64,000 nucleotides of DNA from Octopus vulgaris (taxonomy: Eukaryota): positions 20,026,001-20,090,000 of the forward strand of contig OX597836.1 of the NCBI GenBank assembly GCA_951406725.2. Direction: 5' to 3'. Below, in pieces: positions 1 to 13,700 of the stretch (positions within the stretch are counted from its first letter, which is position 1; each line of letters starts with the position of its first letter). Both the position numbers and the translations under genes were made by a program. The notes under the pieces were generated by a model, which was given only the letters and a program-made list of their open reading frames with translations, ran no database searches and had not been told where the DNA came from.

Positions 1-540
1 TGTTAACATGGTCCGATTTGAATTTTATCATCTACGGAAGGAAGAATAAGCCTTCTTCTATCATACTCTCAATTTTGGTCAATAGGAGATAGTGTTAGTT
101 GAAGGCTGCCAAACTTGCTACACACAGACAACTTCAGCTTTATATATATAAAGATTTGTAAAATATTACCTATAAAGGTTTTTCAACTAGTGCTCTAATG
201 AATCTGGTCTGAAATTTACAGCTCTGCTACCTCTATCATCATCATCATCATCCTCATCATCATTCAACATCCAATTTTCCATGCTTGCATGAGTTGGGTG
301 GAGTTTCTTGAGGAGGATTTTCTATGGCTAGATGCCCTTCTTGTCACTAATCCTCACCTGTTTCCAAGTCAGGTAATATTTCCCCATGACCAGATACATC
401 TAAGAAGATTAGAAACAAAGGACACTGCTTATATGACTGTGAAACTGGCTTACCACTACCACATGATGTCACGGTAAAGAGACAGTGACACACACATATA
501 CAAACATACTTCATATATATAAACACCAGGCCATGTGCCT

Positions 541-965
<425 letters not shown>

Positions 966-1097
966 TCATAATTCAGTTTTATTTCAAGATTTCTTGCCAA
1001 CAGAGAAAGACCAAGTCTTCTTCATTGGAATTTCAACATCAAGAAATCTTAAAATAAGACTGAACAATGACAAACATACATAAAAAATACCAAAGCC

Positions 1098-1128
<31 letters not shown>

Positions 1129-1424
1129 TATGATGATGATGATGATGATGATGACGATGATGACGATGACAACTACAATGAGGAGGAGGAGGAAAATTAG
1201 AACCCTTGAGTCACAGATAAAATGTCAGTTTCCCTATATTGAGACCTCACCCCAGCATCCCTGCCTTACTGTGTGTGATAAACATCTACTAGTGTTTCAA
1301 TACAACAATACTAAATCTTTCCAACTCCTACATAATATGCATGTACATACAAGCATACATACATACACACTCATATATGTGTATATATTTATATATAATG
1401 TCTATATATTATTTATATAGGTAC

Positions 1425-1815
1425 AGGCGTGTGGCTGTGTGGTAAGAAGCAGGCTTCACAACCACATGGTTCCAGGTTCAGTCCCACTGCATGGCACCTT
1501 GGGCAAGTGTCTTCTACTATAGCCTCAGGCCAACCAAAGCCTTGTGAGTAGATTTAGTAAACAGAAACTGAAAGAAGCCCGTCATATATATATATATGTT
1601 TGGGTATCTGTGTTTGTCCCATGCCATCATTTGACAACTGATGTTGGTGTGTTTACGTCCCTGTAACTTAGCGGTTTGGCAAAAGAACTGATAGAATAAA
1701 TACTAGGCTTACAAAGAATAAGTCCTGGATTGATTCGTTTGACTAAAGGCGATGCTCCAGCATGGCCACAGTCAAATGACTGAAACAAGTAAAAGGATAA
1801 AAGAATAAAAGAAAT
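1425..1815 (+). mobile_element. tRNA-derived SINE family A (CORE-like)
   Basis: A box TGGCTGTGTGG, B box GGTTCAGTCC, CORE-like GGCACCTTGGGCAAGTG, internal TA tract, A-rich AAAAGA tail; many similar copies in the window. Confidence 0.85.
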
Positions 1816-1839
1816 AATGTGTATATATTATCATCATCA

Positions 1840-1841
<2 letters not shown>

Positions 1842-1885
<44 letters not shown>

Positions 1886-1988
1886 GTATATGTGTGTGTG
1901 TGTGTGTGTGTGTATGTAAATGTGTGTATGTATATATATATTTGTATTTATATATATGTGTGTGTGTGTATATATATACATATATATA

Positions 1989-2024
<36 letters not shown>

Positions 2025-2115
2025 TAAATATATGTACACATATATATATAAGTATATGGATATATACATATAAGATATATATCTATATACATATAGTGTA
2101 TGTGTGTGTGTGTGT
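1842..2115. repeat. (TA)n/(TG)n microsatellite
   Basis: Directly visible. Confidence 0.95.
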
Positions 2116-2326
2116 AATTTCCCATGACAGGAATGACTCAATTTTTGTCCACTTCCTGAAAAATTCGAATTATTTCTGCCACTAAAGCCTAAAACATTAT
2201 TCTCAGACAGCATCAACATTTAGAATTAACTAATATGGTTTCTTAATACGCAGTTCTATCAACTTCACTTCACTTTATATTGTCATTATTATTTCAGAAA
2301 CCTCATTGTTGATATTTTTAGTATTA

Positions 2327-2670
2327 AGGTGGCAAACTGGCAGAATCCACTTGACTTTTCATCCTTTCAAGGTTGATAAATTAAGTATCAGTGAAACACT
2401 GGAGACAATGTAATTGCCTAATCCCCTCATGCAAAATTTGAGGCCTTGTGCCTTTAGTAGAAAGGATTATTATTATTATTGCTATTGCACAGAATCGTTA
2501 GCATGCCAAGTAAAAATACTTAGTGACATTTCACCTCCCTTTATGCTCTGGGGTCGACTTTGCCTTTCATTCTTTCGGACTCGATAAAATAAGTACCAGT
2601 TGAATACTGGGAGTTAATGTAATCAACTTACCCCTCCCCCAAATTGCTGGCCTTGTGCCAAATTTGAAAC
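2327..2670 (+). mobile_element. Two degenerate SINE family B copies (Deu/Nin-like core) with different tails
   Basis: GGCAGAATC head remnants and TTTCATCCTTTC..GATAAA..AAGTACCAGT core; tails GGCCTTGTGCCTTTAGTAGAAAGG and GGCCTTGTGCCAAATTTGAAAC. Confidence 0.7.
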
Positions 2671-2692
2671 CACCACCACCACCACCACCACC

Positions 2693-2726
<34 letters not shown>

Positions 2727-2862
2727 TCATTATTATCATTATTATTATTATCATTATCATCATCATCATCATCATCATTATCATTATTATTATTATTATC
2801 ATTATTATTATCATCATTATCATCATCATTATTATTATTATTATTATAATTATTATTATTAT
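2670..2862. repeat. (CAC)n/(CAT)n/(TAT)n trinucleotide tract
   Basis: Directly visible. Confidence 0.95.
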
Positions 2863-3654
2863 TAAGAGAGCAGCGCATGCCATCAAAGTGATACTGGGGT
2901 ACAAATATACGAAGCCCAGTATACCCATCATGACTACTTGTGTCATAAGGTACACCAGGTACATGCATCACAACCATATGGGCGTGATATGATTGCCTCA
3001 TATCAAGACAAACCGTGCATAACCTTGCAAGTGAGGTCCAGTTAAAATTTTTTTCAGGTCAAGTAGCCCATCTTGCTCAAAAGGTCCCTGAATAAGGGTT
3101 GTTTAAGGATGATGAATGAAACACCCATGTTTCCAGAGGTGAATTATTCAAATCCAAAAGAATTCCTCTCAGCACTTGGTTATGATGTTCCCCAACTACT
3201 CCTGCTCATGAGGCACATATCATCAGCCACTAAGGGACATACTCAACTGGTTATGGTCAAACCACTGACAAGCAAATCTGTGGTATTGAGCAGAATATTT
3301 ACTGTAGCCGTCTTTTATATCAAGAAAAAACATGTACATGATAGCACATTATTGTTGTTACTATTATTAAAAAGAATGGTAAATGGTAGAATCTGTTGAG
3401 CAATGGAAAATTTTGTTTATTTTCTTTTACAACTTGAGTTCAAATTCTATCAAGTTGAACATTGTTTTTCACTATTAAGGGGTTGTTAAAATAATAAACC
3501 AGTTATTGTACTGGGGTCAATTAAGTCATCTGTACTTCTCAGGTCAGAATTTTGGTCATGCATCACTGTGAGAAGTCATTATTGTTGATGCTATCATGGG
3601 GGAGGGGGCAAATACAGGGAGAAATGGCAAAATATAAAAGGAAAAGAACCTCAC

Positions 3655-3990
3655 CATCATCATCATCATCATCGTCATCATCAACAGGAGCACGATATCA
3701 TCATCATCATCATCAACAACAACAACAGGAGCACCATATCATCATCATCATCATTATCATTGCTATCATTCTTTTCATCACCCTTGTTACCAACATCATT
3801 GTCTTAATTATCACAGTTGTCGTCATCATCATCATCATCATCTTTATTTGCAATTTGAGATTTCCGAGAAATTACTCTCATCACCACCACCACCACCACC
3901 ACCACAACCACCACCACCATCATAATTATCATCACCATTATTTAAGTTTTCCAAGGAGTGACTATCACCACCACTGCTACCACCTCCGCC
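3655..3990. repeat. (CAT)/(CAC)/(CAA) low-complexity tract
   Basis: Directly visible; explains the poly-S/H/I ORF 3552-4028. Confidence 0.9.
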
Positions 3991-4167
3991 ACCTACCACC
4001 CTTCAAATCCACACCATATTTCCTCTGATTCATACCGGTTATTCCCCAGGGTGAAAAGAAACTATAACAGAAATCTAAGACAAATTTCTCACATTAAGAA
4101 CATGACAAAGAAACAAATCCCTGATAATGTATGTACATATGTATGTATATGTATCAATGGATTTATA

Positions 4168-4213
<46 letters not shown>

Positions 4214-4339
4214 TGTGTGGTGCATGTATGTTTGTATGAGAGCATGTGTGCATGTATGAACATGTGCATTTATATATGCATGTGTGTGTGTATCTATATA
4301 CATATGCGTATGTATGTGTATATATATATATATAAATAA

Positions 4340-4520
4340 AAGGAAAGTTTACGAAAATAAACAAAAGACGAAGGCAGGTGGTGTACAAACAAACAAATGT
4401 ATTAGTATAGCGCTTAGGAATAGAAAAAGTGTTTTACGTTTCGAGCCTATGCTCTTCTACAGAAAGATACAAAGAAAAAAACAAGGAAAGAAACAAGGAG
4501 AGAAAAAAAAATGTGTGTAG
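4340..4520 (-). mobile_element. Penelope-like terminal-repeat remnant with degenerate minimal hammerhead
   Basis: Minus strand CTGTAGA-A-GAGC-ATAG-GCTC-GAAACGTA (about 4432-4470); related to the plus-strand copy at 5300-5440. Confidence 0.5.
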
Positions 4521-4838
4521 TAGCTATATAGGAAAGTATTGTAAGTTTGCTTGAAGCATTGTGTATTGTTTGTAAAATATAATGTGTCTTGAATGGCACA
4601 ACAATGCACCATAATAACAAGAATGGATTATAATAACTGTTATAATTTAATATTCCATAGCCTGATATAATATTTCAGAATTCAAAAATTCCTTCTTCAG
4701 ATTTCCTCAGGGATTGATCGGAGTCACTGCTCTAATTGGTTTTCCAAAGGTTATTTTAATATCTCTTTTGTCTTAATAACGGTCAATTACATAGTAATTT
4801 CCCTTTGCTTAACGGTCATTTTCATCACATTTTTTTGA

Positions 4839-4913
4839 TTGCCTCAATAACTGACGAGATGCCAGAGCAGTTTTCCGCTCTGACATCCGAAACTCAGAGT
4901 CTTATAATGGCAA
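4839..4913 (+). ncRNA. Type I hammerhead ribozyme
   Basis: CTGACGA (4851-4857), stem II GATGCCAGAGC/GCTCTGACATC, GAAA, stem III ACTC-A-GAGT, GTC cleavage triplet (C4901), stem I ATAA/TTAT extended by TTGCC/GGCAA. Confidence 0.75.
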
Positions 4914-4999
4914 CCGAATAATTGTCACATATTATATTACAGATAAATTCCTCTATTTACTAAATATCAAAGTCTCTTTCATTCTTTTGTTGTCTTACC

Positions 5000-5437
5000 A
5001 TTACTAACCTCCCTGTTTCTGATCTGCCTTTCTGACTTGCTAGGGTACCCCCACACACTCCTTTAATTCTACTACTGCCTGCTACTAGCCACTGTCCACC
5101 ATACACACACACGCACACACTCACACACACACCCTCGTTTTCTCGCACACCTTTTTTACCATTCCCTCTTTGATTCAGCTCTCCTTTTTTTAAAAAACAT
5201 TTTCCTCCTTTTTTACTACTTCCGTCTTTTCAGTATGTGACCTCGTGAAGACTACCTGCAATTTTTTTTCCTCTGTCCTCCCGTCTCGGGATCTTTCTTT
5301 CTCCTATGTTTCCGACGAAGAGCTCCGCTCGAAACGTCATACCCTCCTTCTTCCATTTTCCTGAGCGCCTAATAATAATAATACTGTAATTATTCCACAT
5401 GTTGTTGTTTTTTCTGTTTTCCCGTTTGGATAAACCT

Positions 5438-5440
<3 letters not shown>
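5000..5440 (+). mobile_element. Penelope-like terminal-repeat remnant with minimal hammerhead variant
   Basis: CCGACGA-A-GAGC-TCC-GCTC-GAAACGTC at about 5311-5338; downstream TTTCCTGAGCG..AATAATA segment recurs at 25955 and inverted at 4400. Confidence 0.5.
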
Positions 5441-5469
<29 letters not shown>

Positions 5470-5997
5470 TGCATATATGTATAAACACGTATATATATAT
5501 ATATATGTGTGTGTGTGTATGTATATATATATGAAGTCAAACACACATACAGGAGGTATGTGTTGTTTGTTTGTCGGGCAGCCCCATTTTATAGGTGTAA
5601 GAGAATATAATCTCAATACCCTTGGTATAAAAACACCCAAAAGCAGATCATAGCCAAGTGCGAGAACTCACACCAGATCCCTTTTTTCAGAATGACAGAC
5701 ATCGATGTTGTATCATTCTTATGACTTCTTAATGCCACGTACCAACCAATGAGGTCTGCTGTGAGCTGTCTAACTGGCTATGATTATATGCTAAATGGTT
5801 TAAGAACCATCTGCTGGTATGTCCCAACATGCCATGCCAAGGAAAAAATTTAAATATGAATTAGAAGCAGCTTGGGGTATATGAACCAAGTTGAACACAC
5901 ATCCATGAGTTTTATTACCTTGACCAATTCTTCCTGACCGATATTCTCAATCCGAGTCAGTTCACGCACTGTAACATTGTGTTGGTGTACAGTGTGT

Positions 5998-6195
5998 TTT
6001 ATTCTTTTCTACTCTAGGCACAAGGCCTGAAATTTTGGGGGAGGGGAGCCAGTCGATTAGAACGACCCCAGTATGCAACTGGCACTTAATTTATCGACCC
6101 CAAATGGATGAAAGGCAAAGTCGACCTCAGCAGAATTTGAACTCAGAATGTAAAGATAGACAAAATGCCGCAAAGCATTTCACCCAACGTGCTAA
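5998..6195 (-). mobile_element. SINE family B, 5'-truncated, with TSD
   Basis: Deu/Nin-like core on minus strand; direct repeat TGTACAGTGTGT at 5986-5997 and 6196-6207. Confidence 0.8.
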
Positions 6196-6644
6196 TGTAC
6201 AGTGTGTATTATTATTGGAAGAATTGGCAGGGTTGTGTATGATTGATTGATTCTAGTTTCAGCTCACGAGCTGTAGCCCTGCTGGGGCACCGCCATTTAA
6301 AAATTTGAATACTTTTATAAGGATTGAACCTTTGTTAAAGAGGTTTGTGAATTGCAGTGTCCATGTCTTTACCTACAAGACCATTGAGACAACAGCATGT
6401 ATGCTTACAATTTTATAGCTGTTTGTATGAGTGAGTATACACACATCATACAAGCTACATGAGGGTGTTTATACATCCATATCTGTTAACGGTTGTATTT
6501 AATACTTTTTTCACTGTATTGCTTGTTGGTTTCTTTTTTAATCTGTTATTTTATTATTGATCTTCTGTATAAATGAAGTTATCTATTGAGTCAAGTACAT
6601 CAACATCAAAATAAAAATTCAAATGGAAATTGCAGTTAAGACAC

Positions 6645-7231
6645 CCGTGCCGGTTACACGTAAAAAGCACCGTCCGAACGTAGCAGATGCCAGCGCCGCC
6701 TGACTGGCATCTGTGTTGGGGACACGTAAAAGCACCAACCAATCATGGCCGTTTGCCAGCCTGCTCTGGCCCCTGTGCCAGTGGCACGTAAAAAACACTG
6801 TCCAAACGTGGCAGATGCTAGCGCCGCCTGACTGGCATCCGTGTCGGTGACACGTAAAAGCACCAACCGATCGTGGCCGCTTGCCAGCCTCCTCTGGCCC
6901 CTGTGCCGGTGGCACGTAAAAACACCGTCCAAACATGGCAGATGCCAATGCCGCCTGACTGGTGTCCGTGTCGGTGACACGTAAAAGCACCAACCAATCA
7001 TGGCCGTTTGCCAGCCTACTCTGGCCCCTGTGCCGGTGGCACGTAAAAACCACCCACTACACTCACGGAGTGGTTGGTGTTAGGAAGGGCATCCAGCTGT
7101 AGAAACACTGCCAAACCAGACTGGAGCTTGGTGTAGCCTCCATGGCTTACCAGACCCCAGTCAAACTGTCCAACCCATGCGAGCATGGAAAACGGACGTT
7201 AAATGATGATGATGATGCTGATGATGATGAT
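6645..7231 (+). mobile_element. Retroposon with tandem hairpin array and RTE-type tail ending (GAT)n
   Basis: Seven GTGYC-NNN-GRCAC-GTAAAA units (about 128-bp dimer period), then TTAGGAAGGGCATCCAGCTGTAG...CCAACCCATG..AGCATGGAAAACGGACGTTAAA(TGA)n; same tail at 15590, 43330, 52552, 54790, 63441, 63715. Confidence 0.8.
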
Positions 7232-7579
7232 GGTCTCCTTTAATTTGTTGCTTTTCTTCACAAGAAGTGAGAAAATACATTGTGGAAAATTGTTATTTTA
7301 ATGAGTTGTATTTGTTTATCACCCGAAGAGAAACATTTATGCCATTGGATGCTCCTGAACCAGTTGTTAAATATCCCACCTGTGAGGGATCGATGCTAGA
7401 TGTATCGAAACAATTGTAGTGATTAATAAAGACTCTTGTATCTTCCATTTCTCATTAACCAGATGCATAACGAACCCTGTGAAAGTTACCATGCTTTGCT
7501 AGTAAGCTACCAGGTATAAACCATTCATTTTATTATCTAACACATATATTTATACATATATATATATATATATATATAT

Positions 7580-7890
7580 CACCGTGATCACCGTGACCGA
7601 CCAGGCTAACAGATGTTGCTACACATCGCTTGTCACAATGTGCTTCACATTGTTTTAGCCTTCAAATGATGCCACCCCACTGGCTAAGCAAGCAGGCCAA
7701 CAGAAGAAAGAGTGAGAGAAAGTTGTGGTGAAAGAGTACAGCTGGGATCGCCACCTCCCCCTGCCGGAGTTTCGTGGAGCTTTAGGTGTTTTTCGCTCAA
7801 TAAACACTCACAACGTCCGGTCTGGGAATCGAAACCGCGATCCTACAACCACGAGTCCGCTGCCCTAACCACTGGGCCATTGCGCCTCCA
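7580..7890 (-). mobile_element. tRNA-derived SINE family C, alternative 3' body
   Basis: Head GGCGCAATGGCCCAGTGGTTAGGGCAGCGGACTCG..GGTTTCGATTCC shared with 33147, 37269 and 57635; 3' half differs. Confidence 0.8.
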
Positions 7891-8858
7891 TCTATATATA
7901 TATATATATATTTGCAAAAGTGTTTTTTATCTTTTATCCTTTGTTTGTCATTAGACTGCAGCCATGTTGGGGAACCAGCTTGAAAGGTTTTAGTGGAACA
8001 AATCACACCCAGTATTCTCTTTTTCTAAGCATTGTATTTATTCTATCAATCTCGTTTGCTGAACCACTAAGTCACAGGGACATAAATAAACCAACACCAC
8101 TTATTAAGTGGTAATAGGGATAAACACAAACACAAAGGCGCAGACACACACACACACACACACGTGCACACACACAGACACACACACACATACACACACA
8201 CACATGATGGGCTGCTTTGTGTTTCTACCAACTCACAAGGTTTTGGTTAGCCTGGAGCAAAAGTAAAAGAAACTTGCCCAAGGTGACACACAGTAATATT
8301 GAACCTGGAATCATGTGATTGGCAGCAAATTTTTTACCATATTGGGAAACTATTTTCCTTTCCATTTTTTGTTTTTTTTTCTCATACAAAAAGAAAGGAA
8401 TCAGATGCCAGTTAATCTCTCAGTGCCACAATACTTTCTATTTGAGGTATTCAAGGGTGAGCCAGCTTTGAAATCCTGTCAGACTTGTAGTGATTAGTGT
8501 AAAGGAACAAAGATTGTTAATCCATTCTATTGAAGGATTTATTTCCTTTTTCCTTCCGCCATGAAATAAATTAAACTTTCTCCTTATTCTGTTCTTGAGA
8601 TATAAACTTTATATATGTATTTGTAGTAATAAAAATAATAATTTTTAAGTCTTCATTTCCTATCCATTATAACCATCCAGATTATTGGGAGCTAAATTAC
8701 TTCAATGTCTTCCTTCCTCAGAAGGAAGTAGTAGTAGTGGTGGTGGGGTGGGAAGAAGAAGAAGAAGAAGAAGAAGAAGAAGAAGAAGAAGAAGAAGAAG
8801 AAGAATTTTTTCTACAATAAGGTCCTGGCCCAGCATGCTGTCTTCTTAATAATAATAA

Positions 8859-8887
<29 letters not shown>

Positions 8888-8889
<2 letters not shown>

Positions 8890-9280
8890 CTTTTCTACTA
8901 TAGGCACAAGGCCTGAAATTTGGTGGAAGGGGGCTAGTCAATTACCTCGCCTCCCCCCAGTGCATAACTGGTACTTATTTCATTGACTTCAAAAGGATGA
9001 AAGCCAAAGTCAACCTTGGTAGAATATGAACTCAGAACATAAGGACAAAAAAATAAAAAATAATAATAATAATGCTTTCAAATTTTGGTACAGTGCTAGT
9101 AATTTCAGGTGAAGGGATAAGTTGATTACATCGACCCCAGTATTCAACTGGTACTTATTTTATCGACCCTGAAAGAATGAAAGGCAAAGTTGACCTCGGC
9201 AAAGATGGAACTCAGAATGTGAAGACAGCCTGCTAGGTATTTTGCCCTGCATGCTAGTAACTCTGCCAGTTGGCCACATT
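8888..9280 (-). mobile_element. Two adjacent degenerate SINE family B copies
   Basis: Reverse-complement cores ACTGGTACTTATTT..AAAGGATGAAAG at about 8970 and 9150; (AAT)n tails. Confidence 0.7.
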
Positions 9281-10135
9281 GATAATAATAGTAATAATAA
9301 TAATAATAATAATCTCTTATCCCTTATAAATTGTTATTTTTCTTGCTCTTAAATTGATATTTGATATGTCTATGAGACATATTAAACTGGTTCTATGTAA
9401 TTTTCTCATTTAATGTTTATAATTGATATATACACACCTTTTACCTATTTTGGTTATGATATCATGTTTGGAATTCTTAAATTTTATTTTTATACAACAT
9501 AACAATATTGTTTATAAACATTCCCCCATAGTGCCCCTAATAAAATTTTCTCTGTATTAACATCTTAGGTTTCTTAGTGCCCAGCCCCTTTAACTGGTAA
9601 TTAACATCATGATTTAAAGTCTACCCCTAGCCTACATCTTTTTATAGACAGTTACTTATATCCAACTGACTATTCCTAATGTCTTATTTCCTCACTGGGG
9701 AAAAGGGATACATATGATAATATTTATGATGTTACCTAGCCATGAGCTGTCAACTCACACTTGTCCTTTATTTAAAATAGACACAGTCTTCTAGTCTCAA
9801 ATTTAGTAGTTGATAAAGATATAAATGAATTTGAAATTAATTAAAACCCTTACAACCCTATAACCCCACTACACTTCATGCAATTCTTAGAAGTTGTATT
9901 CTATTCCTAGCTACAATAGTGACAACATGAATTTCTTCGATCTTCTTACTCTGTTAAAATATTTGAGGAAAATCATATTAATGTGTCCTACTTGTTAAAA
10001 TTCCATTTATTTATTTGTGCAGCTGAAGATAACACTGCATTTAAATTGATGTAATGATTGCATTGTTCAATTAAATGGAGCCACCTGAAACGGTCGTACT
10101 CCATTACTACTTGATATCCTGTTGCTTACTTTGAT

Positions 10136-10163
<28 letters not shown>

Positions 10164-10166
<3 letters not shown>

Positions 10167-10388
10167 GGTTGGCCAAAGTCACCTGACTGCAAATCAAAAC
10201 CATTTAATTCCAGGATTAAAACAAACAAATATTTTATATGAGACTTTGCTAATAAATAGACAAATGTTGAAAAAAAAAGACTGATTTTAACTCACAGCAT
10301 TTAATTATTAAACATTCATAATTGGAATAAATAAGTAAAATTGAATATTAAGTATCTATAGAATTTTATTTATTGTCGGCCAACCCTG
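10164..10388. mobile_element. Tc1/mariner-type MITE
   Basis: 11-bp TIR CAGGGTTGGCC / GGCCAACCCTG flanked by TA on both sides. Confidence 0.8.
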
Positions 10389-12149
10389 TATATATACACA
10401 CACATACATGAATACATCCATATGCACACACACACACACATACATTTATGACAAGATTCTATATCCCAAATCGTGTCTATGAAATGCACTCATAGTGCAT
10501 TGTTTGACCTGGGGCGGGGGCTATAGTAGAAGACACTTGACCAAGGTGTCACACATTGGGACCGAACCCGGAACCATGTGGTTGCAACGTGAGCTTCTTA
10601 ACCATATTATACAGAAGCAACAGCAATAATAAATGCTGAAATCCTCTACCCAGAGGAGGTTATGAGAGTTATGCACAGAAATGATAACCATTGCCAACTA
10701 ATCTAATAGTCATCTTACACATTTCCTTCTACTCTTAAATAATGTCTTACCCATGTTTCTTTTTTCTCCACTTTCTACCCACTTCCTTCAATATATATAT
10801 ATGTATTCTTTTATTCCAGATGATGTTTATTATAGACAAAAAATTCATGTGAGCCGAGACATATCCTGGCTGTCGTGATTATGTTACAAGAGAGACTGTT
10901 AAGAAAATTAATATCTGATGGTATGAGTCAACCTCCCTTATTAAAAAAAGCCAGTCGTAAATGTACTTTAATCTGTTGAATTATAAGAAATGCAGAGCTA
11001 CTGCCCAACAGCTTTCAGAGTTTGAAATATAATATCTGTCTTTCAGGTTGAATGCAGGTATAAGGGTGCAAGCATGGGTAGTTAAGAAGTTCAATTCCTA
11101 GACTTGTGGCATGTTATGCAAGGCATTCCATTTCACATCATTCTACTCTGCTTAACTGAAAAAACAAGTACCAATAACAGCTGGGGGAGAGTTAACCCTG
11201 CAATGGACTAGCATCCTATTCAAGGGCAGTCTTGTACTCTCAGTTGCTTAAACACCACAGATAATCCAAGATAAATTCCAGTCTAATGAGCCTGAAGATT
11301 TGAGACAGACTTTAACTTAACAAGGCTTGAAATACAAGCAAGGGGAAAAGTAGGGTTGATTAAATCAACCCTCAACACTTGATTGCAACTTATTTTATTG
11401 ACCCAAGGAGATAAAGGGAAAAAGGCTGAGCAAATCCCGGTGCTTTTTGGCCCATTACAGAATTAATGCTTCTGTAGTTGCTGTTGGTCCTCATTTTTCA
11501 GCCAAGTGGATTAATTGGAATAATGCGAAATGAAGTGTTTTGCATAAGGTACTGCAAGTTTGGAAATTGAACCCACAGCCTAATGGTCAAAGTCCTCATT
11601 ACTCCAACCACTGAGACATAACCAAATACATCCAGGCATTTATCAGACATCTACCACTTCTGCTTTCATCCACCTCTGCCTTCAACATATTATAATATTT
11701 GCAACACACCCAGTCAACGTTTTAAAAGGAACTTAACACCAGAAATGCTCCCAGCTCAAAATCAATGTGGGAATCTATTGAAATGTTAAAAAACGGTAAA
11801 AAAAAGAAGTCTAAAAGACGCCTTCTGCATTTTTTTTAGTAGGAAACACAAGATCGCTACCACTCCCATTGGTACATTTTTGATGCAGATAACATTTTCA
11901 AATATGAAACAAGAGAAATGCTAGGGAGTTGATGTTGCAGGAAGAAAGACTGCTTTAACTTGGGTGGCTTAAGACAGCATTGTTGAACCCCCAAGTCTAT
12001 CAAGACAGCATTTTTGATAAACAAGACATCATAGAAAAGACAATCTATGGAATTGCAGCAGTTGGTTTTGATAAATGCATGAAGAAATATCACAGCATTA
12101 TTTTGTTTTAGTTTTTTTTTTCTTTCTGTAAAAAAAAACAAAAACAACC

Positions 12150-12392
12150 CTCTTTTACTCTTTTATTTGTTTCAGTCAATTTGACTGTGGCCATGCTGGA
12201 GCACTGCCTTTAGTCAAGCAAATCGACCCCGGGACTTATTCTATCGGTCTCTTTTGCCGAACTGCAAAGTGACGGGGACGTAAACACACCAGCATCAGTT
12301 GTCAAGCAATGCTAGAGGGAGAAACACAGACACACAAACATATAGACATACATACATATATATATACATATATACGACAGGCTTCTTTCAGT
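12150..12392 (-). mobile_element. SINE family A, 3' part
   Basis: Reverse complement of the tail CCAGCATGGCC.CAGTCAAATGACTGAAAC and (TAAAAGAG)n. Confidence 0.8.
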
Positions 12393-12718
12393 TGATCCTT
12401 GTAAAATTCTCGTAAGCAACTTTACTTTCATCCACGTACAGATCACAAATTGGTTCCATATTGGCCTTCCACTACCAAGTTGCTTTTCTGCTATTTCTTT
12501 CAGACATTATATGAAATGAAAATTATAATACATTTTTCAAACAAACATGGTCCCTCTAACGGTCACAGCTACTTCAAAGGAGTTAAGTATTTTACAATAC
12601 TTTGAAGCAGGATTTTCTTTTGCCACACTGCAAAGTTACGGGGACACACCAACACTGGTTATCAAACAGTGGTGGGGTACAAACACAGGCACAAAGACGG
12701 ACAAACACAGACACAAAG

Positions 12719-12787
<69 letters not shown>

Positions 12788-13322
12788 ATAGAGAAGGATG
12801 GAGAAAGAAAACAGTATCCATTTCCAAGTAAGTTTATATTCACCTTTTTGGTGTGACTATTCTATATTGTTTTCTTCCTCCATCCTTCTCTAATTCCCTT
12901 TTCCCCCCCTCCCTCTTTCACCATTTTCTATTTATCTCTCTCTCTCTTACTCATTGTTCACACATGACCATCGTCCATCTTTCTTTTCCTGCAGATGTTC
13001 AAAAGAATGAACATTTTATTTCTCTCTATCATTTCTTTTTTCAAAGAGATTATTTCTCCCAGCATTCTTTCCTCTTGTTCTGGTCTGATGACCCTCCATG
13101 TTTGTTTTCATTCAGTTTCCTTGCATGTCTCCAGCTTTGACCCTCCATAAATCCTAAATTTTATTTTAGAATTTATGGGAGCAACAGTCTTCAAAGACTC
13201 AAATTGTCGTTGAATGCTCGAAATGAGGAGTAGATAGACAACTGATGAAGGGTCCTTTCTCTGTGTTTACTTGTCCTGTTTTTACATATTTCATGTTTGC
13301 ACGGTAGTATATATATATTATT

Positions 13323-13700
13323 AGGAGAGGCTGTGTGGTAAGTAGCTTGTTTACCAACCACATGGTTCCGGGTTCAGTCCCACTGCGTGGAACCTTGGGC
13401 AAGTGTCTTCTACTATAGCCTCAGGCCGACCAAAGCCTTGTGAGTGGATTTGGTAGACGGAAACTGAAAGAAGCCCGTCGTATATATGTATATGTATATA
13501 TATATGCGTGTGTGTGTTTGTGTGTCTGTCCCCCTAGCATTGCTTGACAACTGATGCTGGTGTGTTTATGTCCCCGTTACTTAGCGGTTCGGCAAAACGA
13601 GACCGAAAGAATAAGTCCCAGGGTCGATTTGCTTGACTAAAGGCGGTGCTCCAGCATGGCCGCAGTCAAATGCCTGAAACAAGTAAAAGAGTAAAAGAGT
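13323..13700 (+). mobile_element. SINE family A, near full length
   Basis: A/B boxes, CORE-like motif, GTAAAAGA tail repeats. Confidence 0.9.

Noticed and set aside
6860-6930. HDV-like ribozyme call
   Set aside because: Only the P3/L3-like GCC-TCCTCT-GGC matches; a convincing P1, P2 and catalytic C could not be assigned
6645-7060. CRISPR-like repeat-spacer appearance
   Set aside because: Spacers alternate between two related sequences, there are no cas genes, the context is eukaryotic, and the array is attached to a retroposon tail
10820-10920. Candidate exon between TTTTATTCCAG and GTATGA
   Set aside because: All three frames contain stops; no supporting evidence for a non-coding exon
13323-13400. 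SINE heads as functional tRNA genes (also 28839, 33460-33530, 60447-60505)
   Set aside because: A/B boxes are present but there is no complete cloverleaf, and they continue into repeated SINE bodies
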